NCBI GenBank assembly: GCA_964016885.1
Contig: OZ024748.1
Span: 52,266,001-52,330,000 of the forward strand
Length of the DNA: 64,000 nt
Source: Eledone cirrhosa
Lineage: Eukaryota
Direction of reading: 5' to 3'
Below are positions 1 to 13,412 of the stretch, one piece after another. Below the pieces are notes generated by a model that saw only the letters and a list, made by a program, of their open reading frames with translations, was not told the DNA's origin and did not search any database. The position numbers and the translations under genes were made by a program. Each line of letters opens with the position of its first letter. Within the stretch, counting starts at the first letter, position 1.

Positions 1-40
1 TTGATGAGCCACCAGGGTCAAGACGGATTTTAGGCTTTAA

Positions 41-254
41 CCCTTTAGCTTTTACATTACTCTATATTTACTATTGTATTTTCATGGTTTACCTCACATG
101 ATAATCTCATATAATATCAAATCTATGAGATGTTGATATTATTTATTTTGAGAACAGTACCTTAAATTCAGTATGAGTGGTCAGTTATGGCTGGTTTGAA
201 CAGAAAGAGGTGAGAGAATTATGGCCAGATACAGCCAGTTTAAATGCTAAAGGG
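41..254. mobile_element. piggyBac-type non-autonomous MITE (family A), intact copy
   Basis: TTAA(37-40)|CCCTTTAGC...GCTAAAGGG|TTAA(255-258): terminal inverted repeats plus TTAA target duplication; 7 copies in window. Confidence 0.85.
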
Positions 255-921
255 TTAAAAAATTTTAAAGATATCTCTACAAACGTATCAATTCTTATAG
301 ACTAAAACATAAATTTGATTTAAAACTATCTTAATTCTAGAGTTGAATTAATAAAGGAACAATTTATTTTTAATTTGAATGTTTACAAAATATGAGTGTC
401 CCATTCCCTCAAAATTACTGTAATAACCGTTGTTCACAATAATTAATAGTTGAGAAAATTGAGTAAAATACTCAGAGAGGGAAACAAATGGACAAAATCA
501 CTACATGGAATCAAACTTGGTATTGATTGAATACAGTGTGTGTATGATAACTACTATGTTAAAGGGGTGATTGACATTTGGGATGTTAGCCTTTTCAAAT
601 TTCAAATTCCTAAGTGCTCCATAATTGATAAAATAAGAGTACATATCAAAATTAGCCTTACTTTGAGGATTGAGGTATCTTTACATAGAATGTTGTAATC
701 AACGGATTAGTAAATTTAATATGTTTTACTATCGACACCATCATTTTTTTAGATGTACTATACTAGTATATATTATTTTCATCAATTTACATCAGTTGAT
801 CCACACTTGCTTGGATTGAACAAGTCCTTCTCAGTACAGCATCTCCCGCCCTGTCCTGTTTCTTTTCATCTCCTCCAGGAGCTTCAATGATCTGAGATCA
901 GCTCTAATACCACACACAGAC

Positions 922-1016
922 ATATATATATATATATATATATTTATGTGTATGTGTGTGTGTATGTGTGTATGTGTGTGTGTATGTGTGTATGTGTGTG
1001 TGTGTGTGTATGTGTA

Positions 1017-1048
<32 letters not shown>

Positions 1049-1134
1049 CATATATATTATATTACACTCATACAGGTACACTTATTTTATATATGTATAC
1101 ATATGTGTATCGGGAAGTGTCTGCACTTACTATT

Positions 1135-1176
<42 letters not shown>

Positions 1177-1513
1177 CAGAAATAAATACATACACATATA
1201 TGCACAATTTTATATACATATGTAAAATGATGATGGCAACGATATACATGCATACATAAATTACATATATATACACACATATATGTATGTATATATACAC
1301 ATATATGTATATATATACACATATATGTATGTATATACTCACATATATGTATGTATATATACACATATATGTATATACACATATATGTATGTATATATAT
1401 ACACATATATGTATATATATACACATATATGTATGTATATATATATACATATATATATATATATACATATAATAGAAACATACATACAACATACATATAT
1501 TTGTTATATTTAT

Positions 1514-1550
<37 letters not shown>

Positions 1551-1603
1551 AATATATAAATATAACAAATATGTTGTATGTATATATACAAATATATGTA
1601 TGT

Positions 1604-1657
<54 letters not shown>

Positions 1658-1658
1658 A
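922..1658. repeat. Compound (TA)n/(TG)n/TATACACATATATG microsatellite field
   Basis: Direct reading; source of the spurious YIYI/VCVC ORFs. Confidence 0.95.
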
Positions 1659-3569
1659 CTTAAGCTAGATTATGACATAAAATTTCAAAGGTATTTATTT
1701 GCTTATACATTCAAAAGAAATCTTCTGCTGATAAACTTTCACAGTTTTGAGATTAATTTTCTGAACCCCCTTTCTGTAGTTGACACAATGTTGTTGTTAT
1801 TGGTTAGTTTTGGCAGTGGCTAAATAAGAGCAGCTATAGTGAGGTAAGTGTCATTCTCAATTATTATCTTTACCAACACCTTCCCACGCTTACCACCCTT
1901 TCCACCCACCCAAATATCCTGGCATCTTGAAAAAGAAAGGTATTAGTAGGAAAATATACTGCTATGTCATTTCATATCATGGCCCCCTCTTGGCAAGAGA
2001 ATCATTGATATGCTAGTCATTTGGAAAAGTTTGTGGTCTCTTAGGCCCATGATAGATTATCTGAATTGCTGCAAATTGCAGTCAACCTTGGTGTAATGTG
2101 TGAGAGTGCCAGATATGGCAGATTCTTTTATGATATTGTATATTAAGATTTGTAAGAAAAGCTGGATTACCTTCACCGACTTGATGTATTCTTCATCAAA
2201 TGAAGGAAAGAAATTGAAGTAAAAGAGGAATGACAAGAAGTGAAGGGGGATGACATTGGAAGTGGAGGCAGGTGGATAGAAAAATTGGGAAAGAAGAGAA
2301 AGAGATGCTTGTTCTTTAAAAGAGATAATTGGAATGGTGGATTAGAACTAATAAAAATGGAACTTAACTGAAATGGCTCCTCATAAAATATCAGACAGAG
2401 CTGGAAAGGAATAAATAGAAATGCCATGTGAAATAATTACTTTGGCATCCTTTAAATATTCATGTATATAACTTTGGTTTACCGAAGAAAATAAGGACAA
2501 ACAAAGTATTTAATTGATAGTAAGGTGCAGAGCTACTTATATTTCGGTATAGCTGGTACAATCAAGCAGCTAGAGATACATCTCCATGTGAGATCTTTTA
2601 ATGTAACAAGACTGACGAAGTGGAAGCAGATCTTGGTTTAACAGAATAAATTCAACAACAGTTTGGGGGATTCTTCATTTAACAGCTATATACCATCCTC
2701 ATCATCATCATCATCATCATCAATATCATCGTCAACATGTTGTATATCCCTTTACATACATATGTATATAGCTTCACAAATATTCTGTTTTGGAGGAAGA
2801 ACAATATAGATATAATTTTGTATTGCCTCATCAAGTGGGCATGAAGACTGAGTCTTTTAGCAGAAGGAACAATTGATATGATGTGATGTTCATACATTTA
2901 ACAAGCATATTATTGATAAAGAGAAATGGATTTATTCCAAGTATAATGGAAACTATTTAGTATGTTTAATTTACTAATAAAATAGACACATTTCCAATAT
3001 AAGATGTATATATACAGGCTGACACAACCCAGAATATTTCACAATTTTTATGAATTCCTTTGTCACCATAACTATTTGTTCTCACATTATTTCCCCTCAT
3101 TGAAGTAATTTATATTAGAATATATAAGACTTTATAAGGGCTGAGAAATAAGGGGATGTCTTATTATTGAATCCCTTATAGTTATGGCAGATAGAGATGG
3201 ATGATGAACTCTTTTGTTACCATATTTCTAATAAAATACACTGCATTTGTGTATCAATTAATTTTGAAAATGTTAAGAATTTATCAAGATACCAAATCTA
3301 TTTATTAATATGCTGCTGTTTGAAACATTACTTTAAGATGAAGATAGCAGCCAAAACTCCATCAATTCCCAGTCTTTCATTTAAAAAAGGAAGGACACAT
3401 CAAATAATGTAGTTCTTGATACACTGTCTAAAAAAGATGGGACGCTCTATGTCAAAACATGTTTGAGCATAAGTTTGATGTATTAAGGCTAACTTGGCAC
3501 TAAACAAAAATACAAGACTATATAAACTGCATAATCATCTAGACACAAGTTTGTCACAAGTTTGGAAAC

Positions 3570-3858
3570 TCATGAGACCAGTGCTTATCCCAGTTTCTGT
3601 GACATTAAGGGACTGAGAGTAAAAGATTTCCCCTGGACAGGATGCAAGTCATCACAGAGTTAAATCCCCAGTATTCATTTTCAGCTGAGTATACTGAAGC
3701 CATGTGAAAAAAAGTGTTTTGCTCAAGAACAAAGCACACAACCCATGTGAAAAAAAGTGTTTTGCTCAAGAACAAAGCACACAACCCAGTCCAGGAATGA
3801 AACCCACATGTTATTATCATAAGTCCAACACACTTACTACTAGGTCACGTTGCCTTCA
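3570..3858 (-). mobile_element. tRNA-headed SINE (family G) with internal ~43-bp tandem duplication
   Basis: Minus strand has a tRNA-like head and a CORE-like 'ttcttgagcaaaacact' block; similar copies at 5798, 33872, 43847; duplicated unit at ~3701-3787. Confidence 0.7.
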
Positions 3859-4407
3859 TGCTATTCATCTAACATTTGCATGTATTGTAGAGTACTATAA
3901 ATTAGTATGAAGTTGATATTTATGAAGAAATATTTTAAAGATATATATAATTTTTAAAGAGATCTTCAAGCAAGGGTTAAATATTGTCTCTTCTTGAGTC
4001 TTTGACCAAACTCTTTACTTTATAATTTGTGTCTACTTTGCAGAACATGAGACAAAAAGATAATAAGATCATCATCATCAGTTTACAGCCATTGTTCCAC
4101 ACTTGCATGGGTTGGATGGGTCCTTCTCAGTATAGCATCTCTCCACTTAATAAATGAAATGGCATCTGAACACTAACCTAAATGTAAAACAGATAAAAGA
4201 CAGAATTTTGAGGGTTTGAATTCTAGTAAGGCTAATAGAGACTTAGGCTGAAGCAGTCTAACTAACCAAAATCTCATGCAATGGTGGCTGGTCTCATTAA
4301 ATAAAATGGGTTTAGGTTTTGATACTTTGCATTCGATGTATTTAATATAAGCATGGTCCCTTAACCTCTGATTGAGTCATAGGGCACTGTAGTGGCATAC
4401 AGCTTTT

Positions 4408-4678
4408 CTAGGGCATTTCAAGCCAGGCAGAGCTTATCTCCTCTCCAGGTCTGAACACAGTAGATTTCTTCCAGAGAGTGAGAGAGAGGAAATGAGAAAG
4501 GGAGAGATCGAAAGAATCAACCCCAGTACTTGACAGGTACGCTTTTTTATTGACCTCAAAAGGATGAAAGGCAAAGTTGACCTCAGTGGGATTTGAACTC
4601 AGAGAGCAGAGAGCCAGAATAAATACCACAAGGCATTCTATCTGATGTTCTAACAGCTCAGCTAATTCACTGCCTTGG
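4408..4678 (-). mobile_element. SINE family C variant with an alternative 3' tail
   Basis: Shares 'aaggatgaaaggcaaagttgacctc..gggatttgaactcag' body; same tail as the copy at 35515-35790. Confidence 0.7.
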
Positions 4679-5480
4679 GTATTCAATAAGTTCTGACAAA
4701 AAACAAAAATGTTGCATCTAAACACGAGATGTTGGGACAAACCATGGTCACACCACAAATATACATGTGACATCTGTAAATCAATCAACAACAAATGATT
4801 TATTATTAGACATCTCTAAAAAAGACAACAGATGTGAGTGAATGACGTGTTTGTGAAGAAGAGATTGAGATTTCAGAAGTAACTGAAGCATTAAAGGAAA
4901 GAAAATAAAATAAAATAAAAATATGATACAAGAAGAAAAATTAGTTAGGAGGAAGAAGTAAAAATTGTAAACTGTGTTACACAAATAAAATTATATTTTG
5001 TCATTGATTCTTAATAGAGCTCAAATTTTAACTCACAAACATTCATGAAAGACTGCTGTGTGAGAGAACAGATGATGCTAGAAAAGGTGTCACACTGTTT
5101 CAGGAATACATCATCATCATAGTCAGTGTTTAATGTCCATTTTCCATGCTAGCATGGGTCAGACAAGTTGTCTAACAGGCCAGGTCAGATGACCATGGCT
5201 TGCCCAAATAGAATCATTTCTGACTTGGTTTCTATGGCTAGGTGCCTTTCCTAATGCCGACCGCATTTACTGTATGGTCTGGGTGCTTTTTATCATGGTA
5301 CCAAAATGACCACCATGTCAATATATGAAAGACAATATCCAAACCAATAAAGGTGAAGTTTTATAGATTAGACAATGTTTCCATTGACCTATTCTCATAC
5401 ATAAGCCACAGTAACACACACATTTACATTAATACTAACATTTGTTGATAAGTAACTTGGATTGAGGAGTGTAAGAGGCC

Positions 5481-5700
5481 CTAGCAGCACAACAAAACAA
5501 GAGCTGTAAAAAGGTTATATGAACTCCTCAGACTCAATAGCCATCTATGGGCTAAATAGCCTCACCAACCCACAATTGGCCTAGTGAGGTGAGTATAACT
5601 ACACCCCTGACATGACCAAAACTAAACAGAAAGTTGTGGAGGTCAACCAGGGAGGGCTTCCTCCAACAGAAGTGAGAAGACCCTGGACTGGAGTGGATTG
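5481..5700 (+). repeat. Dispersed repeat family D (possible LINE 5' region)
   Basis: 'catgaccaaaactaaacagaaag..gaggtcaaccagggaggg' recurs inverted at 51260-51407 and 52137-52385. Confidence 0.55.
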
Positions 5701-5797
5701 AATTGTTGAAAAAGGAAAGTTTTATAAAATGTTATAACTCCTTGGCTTGTTTTATAAATATCTTCTAAAGGATTTTCTATTGAAATAGTATTACCAG

Positions 5798-6058
5798 AGT
5801 CTAAAGTCTGTCTTGAGTCTCGTGGCTTGTCATACTGGTTCTTATCCAAGTTTCCATGGCATTAAACAACTGAGAGTACAGGATGCCAGTCTACCACTGA
5901 GTTAAATCCCCAACTATTAATGATACTCATTTTCAGCTGAGTATACTGGACCATTGTCAATTGAAGTGTTTTACTCAAGAACACAACACAATCCAGGAAT
6001 CAAACCTACAACATTACAATTGTAAGTCCAACACCCTTACCATTAGGCCATGCGCCTC
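5798..6058 (-). mobile_element. tRNA-headed SINE (family G)
   Basis: Minus strand starts gaggcgcatggcctaatggtaagggtgttggac (A box) with a B-box-like ggtttgattcc. Confidence 0.75.
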
Positions 6059-6109
6059 TACTATTTTACCAGAGTAGTTGTACATATAATGTTAACAACT
6101 GTACATTTG

Positions 6110-6290
6110 GAAGAAGAAGAAGAAGAAGAAGAAGAAGAAAAAGAAGAAGAAGAAGAAGAAGAAGAAGAAGGAGGAGAAGAAGAAGAAGAAGAAGAAGAAG
6201 AAGAAGAAGAAGAAGAAGAAGAAGAAGAAGAAGAAGAAGAAGAAGAAGAAGAAGAAGAAGAAGAAGAAGAAGAAGAAGCAGCAGCAGCAG
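6110..6290. repeat. (GAA)n / (GCA)n microsatellite
   Basis: Direct reading. Confidence 0.95.
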
Positions 6291-7797
6291 CAACTGCAGC
6301 TGCAGCAATTATGAAGAATATACCTATCACATGTATACTTGGATAGCAGCATTCTGGATATCATTAATAATTACATATATTTGAAAAGGTTAAAAAATAA
6401 ATTTCTAGCTCATTCAAAAGTAAAAATTGATGGAACTTATACAGAATTTTCTAATTTTGCGATACCATTGTAATCATATTTAATAGAATAAAATTGAGAT
6501 ATGCTCTTCTCTACTATTTCATTTATTCAACTATAAATTCCTCCCTCAAATTCATTTAATCGCAATTAATTTTTGCTTCTTATTTACCGAACTGCTTCTA
6601 GTAGATGATGTTTTGCCAATAAGGAATACTGCCAAATTCAAATCAACTAGTTTTAGTGCTAGCAAATTAAAGTAAACAATCATTTTCTATTCTTGATTGT
6701 CTCTGTATTCAATGAAAACTTTAACAAACAGAATACTTGTTCTTAGCAAACTAATCTGTTTGTTTTGAGATCACTTTTACCATATGTAATGAAGGTACTA
6801 GCATGAAAATGTCTGTAAATATAATTTTGGCTATAATCAATGAGAAGTAAAATTCTAATCTATCAAAACATGTGTGGCATCTAAGTTTATTGGATACTTT
6901 ATTTTTGGATATGATTGATCATCTTAAAAGAGGGCATGCTTTAGAAGGGGGATATGTTAAACAAGAGATCTTATGAAGTATTGTTTGTATATCCATGGTG
7001 AATTAGATATGAACAGTAAATTAAGCTCTAATTGAAAGTATTCTCCAGAGTGTACAGCAAGCCACATAACATGGAATAGATGTCGAATGACTGTAACAAC
7101 GATAAGAGGGATGATGTGCTAGAAAAGACCCGTCCAACCCATACTAGCATGGAAAAGTGGATGTAAAATATTGGTTTCTGATTTAGGCACAATGCAAATA
7201 ATTTTGGGGGAGGGGAAAATCAATTAAATTGATCCCAGTGCATTACTGGTACTTTATTTTATTGACCTCGTAAGGATGAAAGGCAAAGCTAAACTTAGCA
7301 GAATTTGAACTCAGATTGTAAAGGGGCATAATCCTATGTTGATGATGATGGGGATGATATATCTACCTATATGTATATATATAAAGTAATAATAATAAAT
7401 ACAAATAGCAAAATCTAGAGAGGACTTGATAAGGGTTGTATATATATATAAGTATATATAAACCCATAGAGCAAACATTTATTATTAAAAGTTTAAGCAG
7501 ACAATTTCTGCTTTCACCCTAAAGTAGAATCATCTGAAACTGAAAAATATATATAATCACCACTTTCCATCCATTCTCCATGCTAGCATGGGTTGGACAA
7601 TTTGGCATGGTCGGACTCTAAATATGTCAGGAGACCATGGCTTGCTCCTATTTTCCATTTTGTTATGGTTTCTATAACTGGATGACCTTCCTAATTCTAG
7701 CCACTTTACAGAGTGTACTGGGCCGCCATCTTAATCCTAAGAGGATCATGAGGGCAGAATCTTCAGACATGCTTCTGAGGATTGTATCAGAAGCATG

Positions 7798-7841
<44 letters not shown>

Positions 7842-7884
7842 ATAGAAAAACGAGGAAGTTTTGTTTACTTATGGAAAGTATCTA

Positions 7885-7993
7885 TTGCATATTGACCTGT
7901 TACACGTGTTTCACAGAGGATCGGCTCAAGGTGAACCATAGGAGTTATGGACCCAACACCAATATCGGTCTGCTCCTCAGACTGGTAATGCAA
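7885..7993 (-). ncRNA. Minimal type-I hammerhead ribozyme motif in a (TA)n-flanked PLE-like fragment
   Basis: Minus strand: ttgcattaccagt CTGAGGA gcaga..tctgt GAAA CACGTG TA acaggtcaatatgcaa; stems I and II pair, palindromic stem III. Confidence 0.75.
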
Positions 7994-9150
7994 CACTATA
8001 TATATATATATATATATATAAAGTGGTTGTGTAGGTGTCATGACAAAAAGCACCCAGCACTCACTGTAAATGAGGTTGGTGTTAGGAAGGGCATCCAGCT
8101 GTAGAAACCAACCCAGAATCAGTTCTGTATGAGCAAGACATGGCCTCCTGAATTGGCATTGTTCACAACAGGACAACTCGTCTAACCCACTAGCGTGGAA
8201 AAATGGATGTTAAACGATGATGATGATAATGATATGTATATATATGTATATATATACCTTTTAATAACACACATGGTTTCTTATTGGTGAATTATTTTTG
8301 CTTTCCCACTTAATTCCAACGTGACACTATATTATGCTAACTATCCTAACATCACATCTCGGTTCATTTCATAATTTGAATTCCTGCTGGATAGTAATTA
8401 TTTTGTTACACTAAAGGCAGGCCTCCTAATGATTACCATTGTCTTAAATTTACTAATTATCTTATTTTGATTGCAGTAATTGGTATTTTGTTTCTCTTGG
8501 TCTGAAACCACAGTATAGGTATTTACTAATTGTAATGTAATGAGCCTCACAAGCTGGAATAACTCTTCCTGCTCATCTCTATCACCATCCGCTAGGGAAA
8601 CACCTTTCCTCTTCTGTCCGCCGAGGCCACTGGATGGCCAATGCATGGGCCTCCATTTGCTCACAATAGTGAGAGATGGGGAGAGTGGGAGAAATGAAGG
8701 AAGTGACAGTGTGAGTCTGTTTCTTTTGTGTATGGACCTGGTATATATATGTGTACATAAGAGAGAGTAAGTACCTTTAAATGACATCATTACCGTTTTG
8801 CTTGCTTTTAATACCTAGTCCTAAGTATTACAAAATATAATTATAGTTTTCCAAAATACTATCATATGAATATGTTCACATCTAATTTCCATTAAAATTT
8901 GTACGGTACAGCTAGATTGGTATAATTTTATTTTATTTTTAACCTTATCATCATCATTTTACATCCGGTTTTCCCTGCTTGCAAGGGTGGGACAGGTCCA
9001 ATTCAGCACAGCATCTCTCCATTCGTCATGGTCCTTTGTCATCTCCTCCGTGAGCTTCAGCTCTCACCACCTCCGCCAATGATTTTTGCTTTTACCATGG
9101 TGGATACCTAAATGTATTTGTGAGTGAATAACAATAATAATAATATAATA

Positions 9151-9334
9151 ATAATTGTTTCTACTTTGGGCACAAGGCCAGCAATTACCCAGTACATTAC
9201 TGGTACTTTATTTTATCGACCCCGTAAGGATGAAAGGCAAAGTTAACCTCAGCGGGATTTGAACTCAGAATGGCAAGGGGCGTAACTCTATGCGCCAAAG
9301 CATGGCGTCCGACCCTCTACTGATACTGCCAATT
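9151..9334 (-). mobile_element. tRNA-derived SINE family C
   Basis: A box (tggcagtatc.gtagag), B box (gagttcaaatccc), conserved body gcctttcatcc..ggggtcgataaaataaagtacc. Confidence 0.85.
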
Positions 9335-9724
9335 AATAATATCATAATGTTATTAAAATTCAGTTTGTTTGCAAACAAACAGCCTTATAGATTAGGTATC
9401 CACCAAGTTAAGAGTGAAAACAAATATTGTTTTTGTAATTTTTGGTAAAGCTGGCCATAAAATCGGTCAGAATGCAAATGAGGCTAATCAGCCATTGTAT
9501 ACATTTGAGAATACTATGTTTTCTTAATAGTTCCAGCGCGGGGGGGGGGGGGGGGGGGGCAGTGATTAGAATACACAATCTTGATAAGGATAAAAAAGTC
9601 TGAAACAATTGTTGATTGTTTTCTCTCAGCTACTGCTGGAATAAAAGGATGACACTGGTCATCTACCACATGACGCTTATGAGGCTTGCAAACAAACTGA
9701 GTATTAATAATATGATGATATTAT

Positions 9725-9901
9725 TTGGCAGTATCAGTAGAGGATCGGACGCCATGCTTTGCAGCATAGAGTTACGGCTCTTTATGATCTGAGTTCAAAT
9801 CTCGCCGTGGTTAACTTTGATCCTTACGGGGTCGATAAAATAAAGTACCAGCAATACACTAGGGTAATTACTGGCCTTGGGCCAAAAGTAGAAACAATTA
9901 T
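9725..9901 (+). mobile_element. tRNA-derived SINE family C (inverted partner of 9151-9334)
   Basis: Same A/B boxes and body; tail gtagaaacaattat. Confidence 0.85.
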
Positions 9902-9931
9902 TATCATAGTATTATTATTATTCACTCATGA

Positions 9932-10009
<78 letters not shown>

Positions 10010-10057
10010 CATGAAATATGAATTCTCATATTATAAATTATTACTTTACACTAACAG

Positions 10058-10110
10058 ATATTGTTCAGGCTGTGGTAACAAGATCTGCCTCTCATCAAAA
10101 ATGGAAGGAG
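10058..10110 (+). CDS. Candidate internal exon (xIVQAVVTRSASHQKWKE)
   Basis: ctaacag| acceptor, gag|gtttgt donor, open frame, ends in phase 0 matching the next exon. Confidence 0.35.
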
Positions 10111-10346
10111 GTTTGTTTTCTTGTCTTTTAAATTAAAAAAATTGCTTTATCAGATTTGAATTTAACTTTCATAAAGCCATGTAATTATCTTTTTTCACCT
10201 GGTCAAAGGTGACTTTAAAAAGCCCCATCTTATCCTTTATACTACTAATTGTTATTTGCTACAGATAACCATTAATTGAGAGTACTAAAGACTAACAAAC
10301 ATTAAATTTTGAGTACAATTAGATTACTTGCTGTGACTATTTTCAG

Positions 10347-10435
10347 TATATGTACCACATTCATCATGAGAAGAAAAGCTTCGAGCTCAAAGCTTTCAGC
10401 CATGTCCATCACACACCTTTTATCACAGCCACCAG
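10347..10435 (+). CDS. Candidate internal exon (YMYHIHHEKKSFELKAFSHVHHTPFITATR); weak resemblance to an iGluR amino-terminal domain
   Basis: attttcag| acceptor, consensus cag|gtaagt donor, open frame, non-repetitive sequence. Confidence 0.5.
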
Positions 10436-10834
10436 GTAAGTGATAACAGTCTGCACATCCTTGTCAATTGGTTTATCTTCCCAATAGACTTCACTCCAAT
10501 TAACGTGTTAATTACTATATTTCTAATGAAATATAGTGGCTATGTATTTCAATTAATTTTAGAAATGATAGAAAATTTTGGAGGAATTTATTAACTTAAC
10601 TAAAGTTTTCATTTTCATTATTAGCATGTTACTTACCAAAAATGTCTTCCATTATGATGGAAAATTTTAATAGAAATATGAACACTTTAGAATGGGTAAT
10701 TCTGCATCACAAAACAATGGCGGTTTCAGGTGGTTTGACATAAAAAAATGCAGAAAGACATGCCAATTGTATGGCTACAACATCTGTCCACCATTGTCCT
10801 CATTTCCAGGAATCTCAGACAGTAATTAACTCTT

Positions 10835-11810
10835 CAAATAGATAGTAATTTGGAGCTAACTATTAGCTACTCACATCCTGATATCTAAATAACTATATTG
10901 GGCTACATGTTAGCAACTCAGAACTGGTATCTAAATAGTTATTTTGAACTAACTTTTATTGACTCAAGCCAGATATTTTAAAAGCTATTTTGAGCTAACA
11001 TTTATCTACTCCCACCAGGTATCTAACTAGCTATTTCAGCTAACATTTATCTACTCACAGCTGATATCTAAACAGCTACTTTGAGTTAACTTTAATCTAC
11101 TCAGACCAGATACCTAAACAGCTATTTTGAGCTAACTTTAATCTACTCAGACCAGATACCTAAACAGCTATTTTGAGCTAACTTTAATCTACTCAGACCA
11201 GATACCTAAACAGCTATTTTGAGCTAACTTTAATCTATTCAGACCAGATACCTAAACAGCTATTTTGAGCTAACTTTAATCTATTCAGACCAGATACCTA
11301 AACAGCTACTTTGAGTTAACTTTAATCTACTCAGACCAGATACCTAAACAGCTATTTTGAGTTAACTTTAATCTACTCAGACCAGATACCTAAACAGCTA
11401 TTTTGAGCTAACTTTAATCTACTCAGACCAGATACCTAAACAGCTATTTTGAGCTAACTTTAATCTACTCAGACCAGATAACTAAACAACTATTTTGAGC
11501 TAACTTTAATCTACTCAGACCATATACTTAAACAGCTATTTTGAGCTAACTTTTATCTACTCACAACTGATATCTAAACAGCTACTTTACGCTAACTTCA
11601 ATCTACTCAGACCAGATATCTAAATAGCTATTTTGAGCTACGTTTTATCTACACAGACTAGATATTTAAATAGATATTTTGAGCTAACGTTTATCTACTC
11701 AGACCAAATATTTAAACAGCTATTTTGAGCTAACTTTTATCTACTCAGACCAAATATTTAAACAGCTATTTTGAGCTAGCTTTTATCTACTCAGACCAAA
11801 TATTTAAATA
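10835..11810. repeat. 46-bp minisatellite, ~21 units
   Basis: Unit taaacagctattttgagctaactttaatctactcagaccagatacc (e.g. repeats at 11101 and 11147); homogeneous centre, diverged edges. Confidence 0.95.
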
Positions 11811-12541
11811 AAAGTGAAATCACATGAACCAAAGAAGATGAAACACAGATTACTTCCCTTCGTTAAATAGATCATTTGACATCTGTTATATTTTTATGTT
11901 TTGCATCCATTTTTCTCTGCTATAATGGCTTCAATGCTTTCTTTGTTGGACCAATTGTTTTTACCTCTGAAAATACTTTATTGTTTTTGGCCACTCAACC
12001 ATGGAGACGGAGTGGGACCTATTTTTGTCAGTCAAGCAAACTCCATAAAATAGAGTTATGTACTTAAACATTTAGGCCATGTGTATGGTGAGAGAGATGG
12101 GGCAGAGAGAGATAGGGAAAGAGAATGAGAGAGAGAGAGAGTGAGAGAAAGAGAGGATCAGAGAGAGATAGGGATAGATAGATAGATAGATAGATAGAGG
12201 GAGAGAAGGAGAGAGAGAGAGGGGGGTCAAGGAGAGGGGGACAGAGAGAGAAAAATGTGGGAGGAAAGTAATGATAGAAATGATACCTAGAATATATCAA
12301 TAGATGATGATTGATCATTAATAAAATCATCAGATGTGTGTTTATGTCTATGTGACTGAGTGCACATGCATCTGTATATCATCATCATCGATCTGCCAAC
12401 AACTTTCCCAAGATGGCATGGGTTGGACAGGATAAATTGAGACAATGTTCTCCAGTGGGATGCCCTTATTGATGCCAACATATATAGTTGCCTCTATGAC
12501 ACAGAGATACAATGTTCCTATTCTAAAAAACCAGGATACAA

Positions 12542-12576
<35 letters not shown>

Positions 12577-12704
12577 AAAGTTCTATTTAAATTGTTGGGA
12601 TACAACAAGCAAATATTTTTATAACTGATATAAAGCACTCAACAAATAATTGGAGTAAAAATACGATATTAACAAATGGAAACTATATTTATAAAACCAT
12701 ATTT

Positions 12705-12767
12705 ATTTCATTATACATATTTCAAGGACACCAAATTAAATTATGGTGTGCTTTCATCAGATAAAAT
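12705..12767 (-). ncRNA. Minimal type-I hammerhead ribozyme motif
   Basis: Minus strand: attttat CTGATGA aagcacacca-loop-tggtgtcctt GAAA tatgta TA atgaaat; 7-bp stem I, 9/10-bp stem II. Confidence 0.8.
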
Positions 12768-12947
12768 ATAATTGTTTCTACTTTTGGCACAAGACCAGCA
12801 ATTACCCAGTACATTACTGGTACTTTATTTTATCGACCCCGTAAGGATGAAAGGCAAAGTTAACCTCGGCGGGATTTGAACTTAGACTGTAAAGGGACAT
12901 AACTATGCTCGAAAGCATGGGGTCCAACCCTCTACCGATACTGCCAA
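12768..12947 (-). mobile_element. SINE family C inserted into the PLE-like remnant
   Basis: Full family C head, body and tail; host element resumes after ~12954. Confidence 0.85.
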
Positions 12948-13189
12948 AAATATAATATAGAGCAGTTTTATAAATAAATATTGACATACCCTTAAAGAAT
13001 GCAACCATTACTGTTGGAAGCTCCCGGATAATATATCCCTGGATAGTATATATATATATAGAGAGAGAGAGAGATAGATAGATAGATACATACAGATATA
13101 TAGATATATATAGATTTATACATGATATAAGGGCTCTGAACATTAATCAGTACACACTGAGGATGAAGAACTCAGCTCCAAAGGGACAG

Positions 13190-13412
13190 AGAGAAGATTA
13201 GCATTCAGAGTTGTATCTGCACTCAGTGGTCCTATGGGAGCCCCTACATAGAGACACTAGAAGAGGGAGAGCAAGGATAACATATGTTGATGCCCTAAGG
13301 ACAGACATTGGTCTCTGGGATATACAGGAGATAGTAGCAATGATGAAGGCCAGAGACCGCTGGAAAGAACTCATCCGTGGATCTCGGGAATTCTATCCAT
13401 CCTAGATAGATG
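13190..13412 (+). mobile_element. RTE-clade LINE 3' fragment
   Basis: Translates VVLWEPLH..RRGRARITYVDALRTDIGL..MKARDRWKEL, typical of an RTE C-terminus; related copies at 20319-20420 (+) and 63505-63745 (-). Confidence 0.75.

Larger units (their letters stand above)
12572..13045 (-). mobile_element. Penelope-like terminal (pLTR-type) remnant, family P1, interrupted by a SINE
   Basis: Flanked by (TA)n; homologous to 16012, 20190 and 51445; carries a hammerhead motif. Confidence 0.65.

Noticed and set aside
1779-1843. AG..GTAAGT-bounded segment as a coding exon
   Set aside because: Stops in all three frames; at most a UTR exon, unsupported
7768-7797. 11-bp hairpin followed by AAA and (TA)n as a hammerhead
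   Set aside because: Upstream core reads CTTCAGA rather than CTGANGA, and there is no stem I
8530-8700. GC-richer segment with ORFs on both strands
   Set aside because: No recognisable protein motif or convincing splice pair
10835-11810. CRISPR-like appearance of the 46-bp and 48-bp arrays
   Set aside because: Contiguous tandem units with no unique spacers, no cas genes, eukaryotic context
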